64,000 nt of DNA, taken from contig WALV01000019.1 of the NCBI GenBank assembly GCA_015522645.1, positions 40,284 to 104,283 of the forward strand. The letters are read 5' to 3'. Positions 10,515 to 20,270 of this stretch are shown here, one piece after another. The DNA is from Candidatus Tiamatella sp. (GTDB lineage: Archaea; Thermoproteota; Thermoprotei_A; Sulfolobales; Acidilobaceae). The first letter of the stretch is position 1; each line of letters opens with the position of its first letter. Made by a program: the position numbers and the translations under genes. Below the pieces are notes generated by a model. The model had not been told where the DNA came from. It searched no databases and worked only from the letters and a program-made list of their open reading frames with translations.

Positions 10515-10967
10515 ATGGTTGTACGTAAAAGAAGGAAGGTCAGAAAAATGAGGGGAAGAACAAGGTCAATGAGTTGGGGTAGAGTAGGCCAACACAGAGG
10601 CCCTGGATCCCATGGAGGACACGGTGCTGCTGGAATGCATAAACACAGATGGATGTGGACTATAAAGCATGCACCCACATGGTTCGGTAAACACGGCTTC
10701 AATAAACCTTTCATAAGAGACTATAAGGTCAAAATAATCAATGTAAGCGAATTGGATGAGAATGCAGAATTCCTAGTAAAACAGGGACTGGCCAAGAAAG
10801 ACGAAGACCACTACAAGATAAACCTTGAGGAACTTGGCGTACACAAACTTGGTGGCAAAGGAAAAGTCACTAAAAAACTAATAATAACTGCCAAAGAAGC
10901 AACAGAACTCGCTGTCAAGAAAATAGAGTCTGTGGGCGGTAAAGTTATAACAAACAAAAACAATTAA
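10515..10967 (+). CDS. rpl15: 50S ribosomal protein L15 (uL15)
   Basis: RKMRGRTRSMSWGRVGQHRGPGSHGGHG. Last gene of the cluster; no secY follows. Confidence 0.9.
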   Translation: MVVRKRRKVRKMRGRTRSMSWGRVGQHRGPGSHGGHGAAGMHKHRWMWTIKHAPTWFGKHGFNKPFIRDYKVKIINVSELDENAEFLVKQGLAKKDEDHYKINLEELGVHKLGGKGKVTKKLIITAKEATELAVKKIESVGGKVITNKNN

Positions 10968-11105
10968 AACCCTTCCTCTTTACCTATACAGGTTCTAATC
11001 AAAGACATTTCTCAAGTAAACATTTAAGAAACTCCATTTAGGGAAGAAGCCAAGTATGCTGAATTATCTATACTATAAACATTGTATTATGTTGAACCAT
11101 TAGCT

Positions 11106-11184
11106 TGGTGCGGCGGCCGGGATTTGAACCCGGGACCCCCGGCGTGGCAGGCCGGTGTCCTAGTCCAGGCTAGACGACCGCCGC
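11106..11184 (-). tRNA. tRNA-Gly(GCC), CCA encoded
   Basis: The reverse complement folds as a cloverleaf: GCGGCGG acceptor, anticodon stem CCGGC/GCCGG with loop CUGCCAC, T-arm CCGGG-TTCAAAT-CCCGG, 3' GCACCA. Confidence 0.9.
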
Positions 11185-11256
11185 ATCCATTGTTTGGTAT
11201 CGGATTTAACGGGTTTAAAGAATTTTATCTTAGACTAAGAGACTAGTGACGCGTGG

Positions 11257-12255
11257 GTGAGTTGTTTGGTAGATGTTTCTTGCTCTGTTCTCGGCGGCTA
11301 TCCTAGAAATAGGAGGGTAAGACATCTAGTTAGGGATTATGAAGAAGGGAGGCTTAGTAGTAATGAGTTCTATAATGCATTAATGGGTGAATCTATTTTC
11401 CTCGCTGGCGTGCAAAGGGCACTTGGTTGTGAGTGTATAGTCGACGGTATGCTTGAATGGCATGATATATTAAGACCGTTCGTTAACTCTTGGAGAGGAG
11501 TTTATCTCTCCGGTCTATTGAGATACTTTGACAATAATTTCTTTTACAGGATACCTGTATTCCGTGAAGCACCTGAGCCTATGAATCATACTCTTTCAAC
11601 TAAGTTCAATATGATCAAGGATTACATTGGGAGTTCCCTGTATAAGGCAGTGATTCCCGGCCCTGCTACATTTGCTGCTCTATCCAAGAATGAAACGGGT
11701 AAAGATGATGTTTGGTTAGCGGTTAAAATTGCTGAAGCCCTAAACAGTGAGCTCAGAGGGTTAAGTGGGAACGATATTATTATCCAGATAGACGAGCCTG
11801 CGCTAACAGATAAGGAGTTATATGATAGGATTAGGTCACACCTAGAAGAAATATATGGATCACTGTTACCAGGCCTGGATACTTCTGTGAGAGTATCTGT
11901 TTACTTTGGATGCGTTCTTGAAGACGCATATGCGGAGCTTCTTGACGTTAAAGGACTCGACTTCGTTACCCTTGACGGCGTTGACTGTAAGAAAATTAGT
12001 ACTCTAATCAAGGAATATGGCGTCAAAAATAGAAAGCTCGGCCTAGGAGTTATTGAAGCGAGAGACATATACGAGGATGATTATACTAAGGTTAAAACAA
12101 GTGTTAGCAAAGTGCTTGAAGAATATGAGGGTGATTTAAGCTTACTTCACTTAACTACAAGTACCTGGCTAGACCTAATTCCCTACGAATATGCTGTCAG
12201 GAAGACCGGGGTCTTGTCATACTATTCTAATAGAATAAAAGAGGAGGTTGATTAA
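11257..12255 (+). CDS. Cobalamin-independent methionine synthase, N-terminal-domain-like subunit (MetE family; no Zn ligands seen)
   Basis: MetE-like (beta/alpha)8 sequence with the QIDEPALT motif but no C-terminal DxxCG motif. It overlaps the catalytic paralogue that follows. Confidence 0.7.
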   Translation: MSCLVDVSCSVLGGYPRNRRVRHLVRDYEEGRLSSNEFYNALMGESIFLAGVQRALGCECIVDGMLEWHDILRPFVNSWRGVYLSGLLRYFDNNFFYRIPVFREAPEPMNHTLSTKFNMIKDYIGSSLYKAVIPGPATFAALSKNETGKDDVWLAVKIAEALNSELRGLSGNDIIIQIDEPALTDKELYDRIRSHLEEIYGSLLPGLDTSVRVSVYFGCVLEDAYAELLDVKGLDFVTLDGVDCKKISTLIKEYGVKNRKLGLGVIEARDIYEDDYTKVKTSVSKVLEEYEGDLSLLHLTTSTWLDLIPYEYAVRKTGVLSYYSNRIKEEVD

Positions 12256-13249
12256 AATGTACAAAGTACCACGATATTTCCCTACAACGATCGTCGGTAG
12301 CTACCCTAAAATCCCTCCTGCAGAAGACTTGATCAGGAGGAGGAAGAGAGAAGTAATAGGCGAAGAGGATTTCCATGAACTAGTGAAGCCTTCCATTAAG
12401 GTAGTTATAGATGACTATTTACAAGCTGGAGTGGATATTCTAAGTGATGGAGAGCAAGCCAGAGAAGATATGGTTGCGTACTTCGCTGAGAGATTAGAAG
12501 GCTATAGGGGGGGTGAATGGGTTAGGATATTTGACAATGTATACTTTAGAAAACCTGTTGTAGTAGGAGAAATAAAATATTTGAAGCCGATGGCAGTTAT
12601 GGACTGGGCGTATGCTTCTTCAATATCTAATGGAAGGCCTGTCAAGGCGATACTCACTGGTCCGTACACCATGGCGGACTGGAGTTTTGATTTATACTAC
12701 GGAGATAGAAGAGAATTAGTGATCGCACTAGCTAAAGTTATCCGCAGAGAAGTTGAGGAGTTTGTGAAGAAAGGCGCCAATTACGTCCAAATAGACGAGC
12801 CCGCATTATCGACGAGACCGTTAAAAGAGGAAGTAGATGTTGTGAACGAAGCATTACACATAATATTCGACGGCATTCATGCGAAGAAAATAGTACATAT
12901 ATGCTTCGGTAAAATAGAAAGAATACTCGAGTACCTTCTTGACTTCCCAATAGACCAGTTTGATTTTGAGTTCAAGAACAGTAACTTAAGACTTCTACCG
13001 TACCTAGTGGAGTACGGGTTCAACAAGGAATTAGGTTACGGGGTAATTGACGTCCACTCGACTAGAGTAGAGGATGTTCAAGAAATTTATAACGATATTG
13101 AAAAATTAGTTAAGACGGGTTTGCTTGGCCCAGATAAGATCTATGTTGATCCTGACTGTGGGTTAAAACGGTTACCAAGGGAAATAGCTGTAGCAAAATT
13201 ACAGAATATGGTTAAAGCAGCTGAGCTAGCCAGGGAAAAACTGGTTTAG
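12248..13249 (+). CDS. metE: Cobalamin-independent methionine synthase, catalytic (C-terminal-domain-like) subunit
   Basis: [24 protein letters not shown] and DPDCGLK (Zn-ligand) motifs of the MetE catalytic domain. Confidence 0.8.
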   Translation: MIKMYKVPRYFPTTIVGSYPKIPPAEDLIRRRKREVIGEEDFHELVKPSIKVVIDDYLQAGVDILSDGEQAREDMVAYFAERLEGYRGGEWVRIFDNVYFRKPVVVGEIKYLKPMAVMDWAYASSISNGRPVKAILTGPYTMADWSFDLYYGDRRELVIALAKVIRREVEEFVKKGANYVQIDEPALSTRPLKEEVDVVNEALHIIFDGIHAKKIVHICFGKIERILEYLLDFPIDQFDFEFKNSNLRLLPYLVEYGFNKELGYGVIDVHSTRVEDVQEIYNDIEKLVKTGLLGPDKIYVDPDCGLKRLPREIAVAKLQNMVKAAELAREKLV

Positions 13250-13425
13250 AAGAGGGCTCTGGCTATTAATACTATTACAGTGAAACCTATTGATAGTAGA
13301 ACAAGAGACGTCGGGCTCATTTTTACTTGTCCTTCGTATTCCTCGTAGAAAGATATCAGTCCGGCTCCCGTCATAGGCCCTGACATTTTTTTAGACTTCG
13401 ACTTCCCCTTTTTCTTGGCCGGCAC
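13246..13425 (-). CDS. secG: Preprotein translocase subunit Sec61-beta (archaeal SecG), 59 aa
   Basis: Hand translation of the minus strand gives (V/M)[58 protein letters not shown]. It has a basic N-terminus, an AGLIxFYEE motif and a single C-terminal TM. It lies below the 60-aa ORF cutoff. The alternative start is ATG at 13386. Confidence 0.7.
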   Translation of the reverse strand: MPAKKKGKSKSKKMSGPMTGAGLISFYEEYEGQVKMSPTSLVLLSIGFTVIVLIARALF

Positions 13426-13512
13426 TTTGAGCCACCATTATCTAGTTATTTTCCATCCACAGTTTTTAAGCAATTACAACATAATATAGAAGTTATCTCG
13501 GGGGATATAATT

Positions 13513-13761
13513 ATGGAGATTAGGGAAGCACAGAAATTTATTAAGGATAAGTACTTCGAGAAAGACTCGTTGAGAGGTGTTTTTAAATCGTTTACTTGGC
13601 TTGTAGAGGAAGTTGGAGAGCTAGGTGAGGCTCTGCTTAAAGGTTCCTATAAAGATATCCGTGAAGAAATCGCTGATGTTACTGCTTGGACTCTTTCTAT
13701 TGCAAATTTAGTGGATATAGATGCCGAGGAAGCTTTCAAAGAAAAATATTGTTTAGACTGA
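13513..13761 (+). CDS. MazG-like nucleotide pyrophosphohydrolase (small single-domain form)
   Basis: The EEVGELGEAL ... EEIADV helix pair is typical of the MazG/all-alpha NTP-PPase family. Confidence 0.6.
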   Translation: MEIREAQKFIKDKYFEKDSLRGVFKSFTWLVEEVGELGEALLKGSYKDIREEIADVTAWTLSIANLVDIDAEEAFKEKYCLD

Positions 13762-14085
13762 TAGATACCGTGTTTTATTTATCGAATATGACTCGATTAG
13801 AGTTGGTATATTGCTGTTCTTTGCCTCGGTTACTATTTTCCCGTTAATCCTCCTTATTGTCACGACAGAGTCGGTTATTTTATACCTACATACCGGACAA
13901 CGGTAATATCTATATACCACTCTCGTACCGTCATGTCTGAGTTCTACCTCTATTTGATAATTCATTATTGAGCCACATCTTGGGCACACTAAACCGTTTT
14001 TCTTCCTATCCGCCATTTCCTCCACCTCTTTTACAATGTTTTGTTGCAGATTTTTGGTTCTGGCAATTCTTCTAGGTACATTCAC
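13753..14085 (-). CDS. Zinc-ribbon protein, function unknown
   Basis: CPRCGS...(27 aa)...CPVCRYK four-Cys ribbon. The start may be the internal MADRKK. Confidence 0.45.
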   Translation of the reverse strand: MNVPRRIARTKNLQQNIVKEVEEMADRKKNGLVCPRCGSIMNYQIEVELRHDGTRVVYRYYRCPVCRYKITDSVVTIRRINGKIVTEAKNSNIPTLIESYSINKTRYLSV

Positions 14086-14196
14086 TATTCTACTGTAATT
14101 AATTCTCTATATCGGAGTCTATATTTTTATTTAGCAAAGCTCTATACGTGTATTATTATTTATAGCAATCGGAAATTGATAGTATTAAAGTAGGAG

Positions 14197-16059
14197 GTGG
14201 AGAGATTGATGATATCAGACTACATAAGAGAACCGCGGGCTGTTATCGGTAAAGACGAGCCTTTAACGAAGGCTAGGGCTTTGTTGAGAAAGCATGGAGA
14301 AAGAATAGTTGTCATAGTCGATGAGGAAGGGAAGTTCAAGGGTTTTCTAACGAGACGAGAAGCCGCCATAGTGACGAGTAATAAGTCGAGTTTACGGGCC
14401 CTCGACCTTGCTAGAGATTACCCTATAGTTACTCCAGAAACCCCTCTTGAGAAAGCATATGATAAGATGATATCGCAAAATGTTTGGGAAGCTGTCGTAG
14501 TCGACGATTCTGTTTCTAATAACGTAATAGGAGTTGTTACATTTAGAGAGATCCTGGAAAAATTTATTGAGAAAGGATATAGGCCTAAAGCTGTTACAGT
14601 ATCAGAGATAATGACCAAAGACTGTATTAGGGAAATGATTGTTGAACCTGACACCAGAGTTACAAAAGTCTGGAGCGGACTGGTACTCAAAAAGCATCCT
14701 GCAGTGATAGTGGTTAGATCTGAAAAAGACCCTATTCCCGTTGGTATAATAACAGCGAAGGACTTGATGGATTCTGGTAGATGGAGATTCCGCAGAGAAG
14801 GAGGGAGCGAAATAGTAACCCCTGCTAGGGCAAAGACTTTAATGACTAGAGGCGTTGTAGTGGCAACGCTAGATACTCCAATAGAATATATAGTGAAGAC
14901 TATGGTAGAAAACGATTTCTCAGTTATACCGGTAATAGATGATGAAGGCAAAGTTATTGGTGTAGTTACACAGGAAGATGTGGTGAGGGCATATATAGAA
15001 GGGGCGAAGCCTGGAGCTGTTAAAGTCAAACCCAGGATTGCCGTGAAACCTGTTCCTGAGATTGAAAGAATTACTTTTGTCAAGGCAGAATCAATGTTAC
15101 AACAAGTCCTTGTGAGAAAAGAACCTTTAGGTGCACCGCCAAGAATTACTGCTAAAGAACTAGTAATTCCAGAGCTTCCTGCCATGTCTATTAATGACAC
15201 CGTGGAACATGCTAGAAAACTTATGCTAAGGCATCGCGTGAACTATATAGCAGTACTTGATGACTCAGGTAAAATTGTGGGAATAGTGACTAAATGGAAT
15301 ATGTTGAAAGCTATTTCCTTGAGGGGACAAATTTGGAGAAGAAGGATTTATGATAGATTATTCATAGACTATGTGATGACTAAGAATCCGCCTAAAGTGA
15401 GACCAGACGAGCCGCTGGAGAATATAGCACTAAAACTTCTAGCCAATAATTCCGATGTGGCACTAGTTGAGGATGAAAACAGGAACCTTCTAGGCTTTAT
15501 TACAAAAGACATTATCGTAGAGAAATTCGTTGAACAAAGAGGTCATAAAATACTCGTGGAAAACGTGATAACTCCGGCAAGAATAGGTATAGTACACCCC
15601 CATCATTCTTTAGCCCATGTGATAAGCAAAATGAGAACATTCCAACTAGACGCTATTACCGTAGCGGATAGAGATAGAATTTATGGAGTAGTTAGTGCGA
15701 ACAGGTTACCTTTCGTCGCATATGAGGATCATATAAACGCTAGGAAAAGCAGGAGGCTTATTTGGGTTAGGAAGCTAGTAAAGGGATCAGCAAAGCTTGG
15801 AAGATACGTGAAGGTTCTTCCTTTAACAGCCATAGATGCAGCATCTAAAGCAGAGGAATATGTAGCCTCAAATGAAACATTGATCGAGGCGTTTAGGAAG
15901 ATGAAAGAATTAAACTTAGATGGAATACCTGTCCGAGACGTTGATGGTAAAGTGATTGGCGTAGTATCTAAAAACGATATACTTAGGGAAATTGTCAGAG
16001 AAGCAGGGGCATTTAAAGTGGAAAAGCCTGAGAGGAAAAAAGTTACTGCTGCACAGTGA
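14197..16059 (+). CDS. Multi-CBS-domain protein (about four CBS pairs)
   Basis: Repeated CBS signatures throughout the 620 aa (e.g. VVIVDEEGKFKGFLTRRE, VIPVIDDEGKVIGVVTQEDV, IAVLDDSGKIVGIVTKWN, GIPVRDVDGKVIGVVSKNDIL). Confidence 0.8.
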   Translation: MERLMISDYIREPRAVIGKDEPLTKARALLRKHGERIVVIVDEEGKFKGFLTRREAAIVTSNKSSLRALDLARDYPIVTPETPLEKAYDKMISQNVWEAVVVDDSVSNNVIGVVTFREILEKFIEKGYRPKAVTVSEIMTKDCIREMIVEPDTRVTKVWSGLVLKKHPAVIVVRSEKDPIPVGIITAKDLMDSGRWRFRREGGSEIVTPARAKTLMTRGVVVATLDTPIEYIVKTMVENDFSVIPVIDDEGKVIGVVTQEDVVRAYIEGAKPGAVKVKPRIAVKPVPEIERITFVKAESMLQQVLVRKEPLGAPPRITAKELVIPELPAMSINDTVEHARKLMLRHRVNYIAVLDDSGKIVGIVTKWNMLKAISLRGQIWRRRIYDRLFIDYVMTKNPPKVRPDEPLENIALKLLANNSDVALVEDENRNLLGFITKDIIVEKFVEQRGHKILVENVITPARIGIVHPHHSLAHVISKMRTFQLDAITVADRDRIYGVVSANRLPFVAYEDHINARKSRRLIWVRKLVKGSAKLGRYVKVLPLTAIDAASKAEEYVASNETLIEAFRKMKELNLDGIPVRDVDGKVIGVVSKNDILREIVREAGAFKVEKPERKKVTAAQ

Positions 16060-16080
16060 TTATTTGCAGTAAAACCTAGA

Positions 16081-16815
16081 CTATTCCTTTATACTTCTAA
16101 TAATTTCCTTCAATTTTTCAGGGTCCTCTTCTGCTAATGTACCAGTCACAATAGCATCAGCACCTGAACCAATTAGCTCACGGGCACTCGACTCGTTCTT
16201 AATGCCTCCTCCTACTATAAGTAAGGGGTCTAACCCTGCTTCATCTAGTAACATACGTGATAGTTTAACCCCCTCAAGGTTAACTGTGAATGGTGCTCCA
16301 GAGCCAGCTTCCAAGTAGATAGCCCCCGCTCCCATGAATCCACCCGCTAGTGCATAGCTCGCTATTAGTCCAGGTTTATCGTTAGGCACCGGCAAGGCTT
16401 TTCCTATATGACCGACTGTTCCGCCGTATCCTATGATAATATACGGTGTAGGTATCACTTCCAGCTTCATGCGCAGGAGTATAGGTGCGGCTTGCACATG
16501 AGCACCTGTAATGTAGTACGGGTCAACAGAGTTCATTAGAATAAGGTAAAAGACAGCGTCTGCATATGACGTTAACCCATTAATGTTTCCTGGAAAAAGT
16601 ATTACAGGCTTGTCTGTGTTTTTCTTTATCCCCTCAGCTATAGCATCTAGATTCTGATTAATGACATTCGTCGAGCCACCTATTAGAAAGGCGTCTGTCC
16701 CGGCGTCATATGCTACTTGAGCTATTCTTAGTGCCTCACCTATTGAAGACGATCCCGGGTCGATTAAGGTTAGGTGAACTGGTTTACTCTTCTTCAGAGC
16801 CGAGAGTATGCTCAC
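16081..16815 (-). CDS. Geranylgeranylglyceryl phosphate synthase (PcrB/GGGPS family)
   Basis: HLTLIDPG N-terminus, GGS...YLEAGSGA...IVGGGI pattern of the TIM-barrel GGGPS family. Confidence 0.8.
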   Translation of the reverse strand: MSILSALKKSKPVHLTLIDPGSSSIGEALRIAQVAYDAGTDAFLIGGSTNVINQNLDAIAEGIKKNTDKPVILFPGNINGLTSYADAVFYLILMNSVDPYYITGAHVQAAPILLRMKLEVIPTPYIIIGYGGTVGHIGKALPVPNDKPGLIASYALAGGFMGAGAIYLEAGSGAPFTVNLEGVKLSRMLLDEAGLDPLLIVGGGIKNESSARELIGSGADAIVTGTLAEEDPEKLKEIIRSIKE

Positions 16816-17080
16816 CTATCATCTCCTCTAGTCTTCCTTCATTTGCTAGGTCAATCACTTTTCCATAGACGTCTATTTCCGTAAATACTTGTGGAACAGT
16901 TAGTTCTAGATAGAGTTTACATGTACCACATTTGACTATAGCTAATTTATGGAAGGACTCGCCTTTGATTTTCTTGAACTGTATAGACAGGGTCTCAGCC
17001 CCGCACCTGGGGCATTGGTACACCTTTGGCATACTCAGAGGTTTTGGTTTGATTATTTTTCTTCTTTTCCGTCGAGCCAT
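16784..17080 (-). CDS. elf1: Transcription elongation factor Elf1 homologue (zinc ribbon)
   Basis: Basic N-terminus MARRKRRK, then CPRCG...CGTC, then TEIDVYGKVIDLA. This closely parallels eukaryotic ELOF1 (CPFC...CTVC...EPVDVYSDWIDA). Confidence 0.75.
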   Translation of the reverse strand: MARRKRRKIIKPKPLSMPKVYQCPRCGAETLSIQFKKIKGESFHKLAIVKCGTCKLYLELTVPQVFTEIDVYGKVIDLANEGRLEEMIGEHTLGSEEE

Positions 17081-17203
17081 TCAGCCCACCTGCCTAGGAA
17101 TGTAATAGGTTATATGACGATTTTAACTTTGTGAGTATGAGGATAACTGTATTGAAGTATTTTATAGTGTTAATACACCAGTGTTTATGGATAGCTAATA
17201 GAG

Positions 17204-18457
17204 GTGTATGCTTTGGAGTCAAGGATTAAGAACCCGGGGTTAGCTGAGAAAGGTAAACTTACTCTGGAATGGGCGGAGAGATTGATGCCTGTAACACTTG
17301 GTCTCAGAAAGGAGTACGATGCTGCTAAACCTCTAAATGGCATTAGGATTGGCGCTGTTCTTCACGTGACAAAGGAAACAGGTGTCCTGATTAGAACGCT
17401 AAAAACTCTAGGAGCCAATGTTTATCTAGCCGGCAGCAATCCTCTGTCAACTCAAGATGATATTGCTGCGGCTCTGTATTCCGAAGGAATAAATATCTGT
17501 GCATGGAGGGGTCAAACCTCTAGTGAGTATTTTGGTTGCATAGAAGAAGTGGTTTTATCCGAGCCGGATATTGTGATAGATGACGGTGCAGATCTTCATG
17601 CTATGCTACACGGTAAACATATGGAAATGGCTGCTAAAGTAATTGGAGGAACCGAAGAGACTACAACAGGAGTCATACGCTTGAAAGCCCTTGAGAAAGA
17701 AGGTAAGTTAATGTATCCTGTTATAGCTGTAAATAATGCATATACAAAACACTTGTTCGACAATCGATACGGTACTGGCCAGAGTACTGTAGATGGTGTT
17801 CTACGTTCAACTAACGTATTGATAGCTGGTAAGAAAATTGTCGTAGCAGGCTATGGTTGGGTAGGCCGCGGTATTGCTATGAGAATGCGTGGAATGGGTG
17901 GTAACGTCATTGTAACCGAAGTCGATCCCATTAGGGCATTAGAAGCTGTAATGGATGGCTATACGGTAATGAGTATACATAAAGCTGTGGAGATAGGTGA
18001 TATATTTATTACAGCTACCGGTGACAAGGACGTCATTAGCTATGAAGACGTCCTTAAAATGAAGAACGGTGCAATTCTAGCTAATGCAGGACATTTCAAT
18101 GTAGAAATAGACGTTGAAACCCTTGAAGCTAAAGCCTCTTCAAAACGAGTTATCAGGGAAAACCTTACTGAGTACACGCTTGAGAGCGGGAAAAAAATAT
18201 ATCTGCTGGCAGAAGGCCGCCTAGTGAATCTTGTAGCCGCAGAGGGACATCCGAGTGAGGTAATGGATATGAGCTTCGCTAACCAAGCACTTGCCGCTAT
18301 CTATCTAACTAGGAACCGAGGTAAACTAGAGAGGAAAGTCTATAACCCGCCACTAGAGATAGACCGGGAGATAGCTTCTAGGAAACTAGTGAGTATGGGT
18401 ATCGAAATAGATACGTTAACTGAAGAGCAAACGAAGTACTTATCGTCCTGGAAGTAA
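17204..18457 (+). CDS. ahcY: S-adenosyl-L-homocysteine hydrolase
   Basis: [34 protein letters not shown] and GHFNVEID motifs. Confidence 0.95.
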   Translation: MYALESRIKNPGLAEKGKLTLEWAERLMPVTLGLRKEYDAAKPLNGIRIGAVLHVTKETGVLIRTLKTLGANVYLAGSNPLSTQDDIAAALYSEGINICAWRGQTSSEYFGCIEEVVLSEPDIVIDDGADLHAMLHGKHMEMAAKVIGGTEETTTGVIRLKALEKEGKLMYPVIAVNNAYTKHLFDNRYGTGQSTVDGVLRSTNVLIAGKKIVVAGYGWVGRGIAMRMRGMGGNVIVTEVDPIRALEAVMDGYTVMSIHKAVEIGDIFITATGDKDVISYEDVLKMKNGAILANAGHFNVEIDVETLEAKASSKRVIRENLTEYTLESGKKIYLLAEGRLVNLVAAEGHPSEVMDMSFANQALAAIYLTRNRGKLERKVYNPPLEIDREIASRKLVSMGIEIDTLTEEQTKYLSSWK

Positions 18458-18498
18458 CTCTTAAAAACTTCATACCATATTAATCTGAAACCGGCGTA

Positions 18499-18606
<108 letters not shown>

Positions 18607-18631
18607 TTATTTCGATGAAAACAAATGGTGT

Positions 18632-19042
18632 ATGATAGAATTGAAGGAAATTGTTTATACGCGGGAAGCTCCAGAGCCAGTTGGGCCTTATAGTCAGGCT
18701 GTTGTGTTTAAAGATCTAATATTCGTTTCCGGCCAAATCCCCATTGATCCGAAAACCGGGAAGGTTGTAGAAGGCGATTTTTCAGCGAAATCCAGGCAAG
18801 CCCTTAATAACCTGGTGAATATAGTGAGAGCAGCTGGTGGCGATGTAGATACACTTCTCAAAGTAAGAGTATTCCTCAGAAACATTTCGAAGTTCAATGA
18901 ATTCAATAAAGTGTACTCAGAAATAATAGGTAAGAACCCCCCTCCCTCTAGGGTAGTCGTTGAAGTCTCTAATCTCCCCCTGGGCGTTGAACTGGAAGTA
19001 GAAGCAACAGCTTATAAGATAACAGAAGGAAAGGACAGCTAG
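18632..19042 (+). CDS. ridA: RidA/YjgF/TdcF family enamine/imine deaminase
   Basis: APEPVGPYSQAV...IFVSGQIPIDP...ARVVVEVSNLPLGVELEVEA. Confidence 0.85.
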   Translation: MIELKEIVYTREAPEPVGPYSQAVVFKDLIFVSGQIPIDPKTGKVVEGDFSAKSRQALNNLVNIVRAAGGDVDTLLKVRVFLRNISKFNEFNKVYSEIIGKNPPPSRVVVEVSNLPLGVELEVEATAYKITEGKDS

Positions 19043-19086
19043 GAGAGAAACACTAATAATTCTGAGACTCTCCCCTGTATGCTGGT

Positions 19087-19704
19087 ATGTGGGTTGTAAA
19101 TAGGATGGAGTTCATTGATGTAGTTAGAGCCGTTGATAAAAACGGTGAAGTGTCTTCAATAGCCCGTAGAATGTTCATCACAAACGCGTTTGACTCTCTT
19201 TTAACCTCTTTAGGAGTAGCAGCAGGTGGATACTCAGCTAAAACAGACCCGAAATTACTAGCTCTAGGAATAATAGGTGCGGCTATAGCAATGGGCCTAT
19301 TCAGTGCCACGATAGGGGTTTATCTCTCAGAAAAAGCTGAGAGGGAAAGAGAGTTAAAGAGGATTCAAGTGCATATAGCTCGTCAATTAGACAAAGATAG
19401 CATATACTATAAAGCAGCGAAATACATTCCTATATATGTTGCTCTCTGGAGTGGTTTTGGAGCAACTCTATTCCCTATATTAGTTTCTCTCCCATTCGTT
19501 TTGGCAGGTGTTCTTAAATTATCTGTGGGACACGCATTCATCATGTCCCTAGGCGTCGGATTAGCTATTATCGGTTTCCTAGGAATATACTTGAGTAAGA
19601 TTAGTGAGGAACGCTTAATTTCCGGATTTGCTAGGTTCACCGGGATAGGAATAACTGCCATAATTGCCATACTATTAATAAAAAGGTTTTTCGGTTTGAT
19701 ATAA
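19087..19704 (+). CDS. VIT1/CCC1-family (DUF125) membrane protein
   Basis: The pattern NAFDSLLTSLGVAAG...GIIGAAIAMGLFSATIGVYLSEKAERE resembles the VIT family. Several C-terminal TM helices. Confidence 0.5.
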   Translation: MWVVNRMEFIDVVRAVDKNGEVSSIARRMFITNAFDSLLTSLGVAAGGYSAKTDPKLLALGIIGAAIAMGLFSATIGVYLSEKAERERELKRIQVHIARQLDKDSIYYKAAKYIPIYVALWSGFGATLFPILVSLPFVLAGVLKLSVGHAFIMSLGVGLAIIGFLGIYLSKISEERLISGFARFTGIGITAIIAILLIKRFFGLI

Positions 19705-19751
19705 ACGAAACTAGTTGGAGTAGAAAAGGAGGGGCGCTACCCCCCCTGTAC

Positions 19752-20138
19752 CTATTCCAGCGACCTTGAGGCTTTTCCTATCTCAACTCTTCTAGGTCTC
19801 AACGCGGAGACTATATACTCGAAAGCTTTCTGTGGATCTGTACGGGGCCCGCACGAATAAACGTCAACAGTAGCATATCTATATTCTGGCCACGTATGAA
19901 CCGTTATATGACTCTCAAGGATAATCGCTACAATAGATACGCCTAAACCTATTTTCCAAGCCTTCGCATCTAGCAAAGTCATTCTACCGATTTCAGCCGC
20001 TTCTATGACAATCCTCTTAAGCTCGTCTGCATCTGAAAGGAGGTCCTCGTTCATACAGTCAATAAGATTCCCATAGATATGCTTCCCTACGACTCTGAGG
20101 CCCGCTACTTCTTCACGTAGCAATTCTTGCCTGTTCAT
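19752..20138 (-). CDS. speH: Pyruvoyl-dependent S-adenosylmethionine decarboxylase family proenzyme (SpeH-type; could be the crenarchaeal arginine-decarboxylase paralogue)
   Basis: [12 protein letters not shown] ... [25 protein letters not shown] (ES cleavage motif). I trimmed to the ATG at 20138 because the 76-codon upstream extension looks non-coding. Confidence 0.8.
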   Translation of the reverse strand: MNRQELLREEVAGLRVVGKHIYGNLIDCMNEDLLSDADELKRIVIEAAEIGRMTLLDAKAWKIGLGVSIVAIILESHITVHTWPEYRYATVDVYSCGPRTDPQKAFEYIVSALRPRRVEIGKASRSLE

Positions 20139-20139
20139 A

Positions 20140-20167
20140 GTGACCCCCCTTTTTATAGGGGGGTCAC
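20140..20167. promoter_or_regulatory. Perfect 10-bp GC-rich inverted repeat with an 8-nt TATA-like loop, directly 5' of the speH ATG
   Basis: GTGACCCCCC-TTTTTATA-GGGGGGTCAC. On the speH strand the loop reads TATAAAAA, and the stem ends 1 nt before the ATG. Confidence 0.4.
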
Positions 20168-20270
20168 GATTGAAATATAAGGTTTGACCCCCTTCGCAGT
20201 TTATTATACTGGGTACAACATATAAACAACAGTGTAGGACACGTGAATAGATAAACGGGGTCGTAAGATA

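Noticed and set aside
14418-15200. 260-aa ORF antisense to the CBS-domain gene
   Set aside because: Its Ser/Thr/Ile-rich low-complexity translation is typical of the antisense frame of a GAR/AAR-rich gene. The sense strand has repeated, clear CBS motifs.
17114-17160. Possible second C/D-box sRNA (AUGACGA ... AUGAGGA) upstream of ahcY
   Set aside because: There is no CUGA D or D' box at the required spacing and no terminal pairing. It is more likely just the ahcY promoter/leader.
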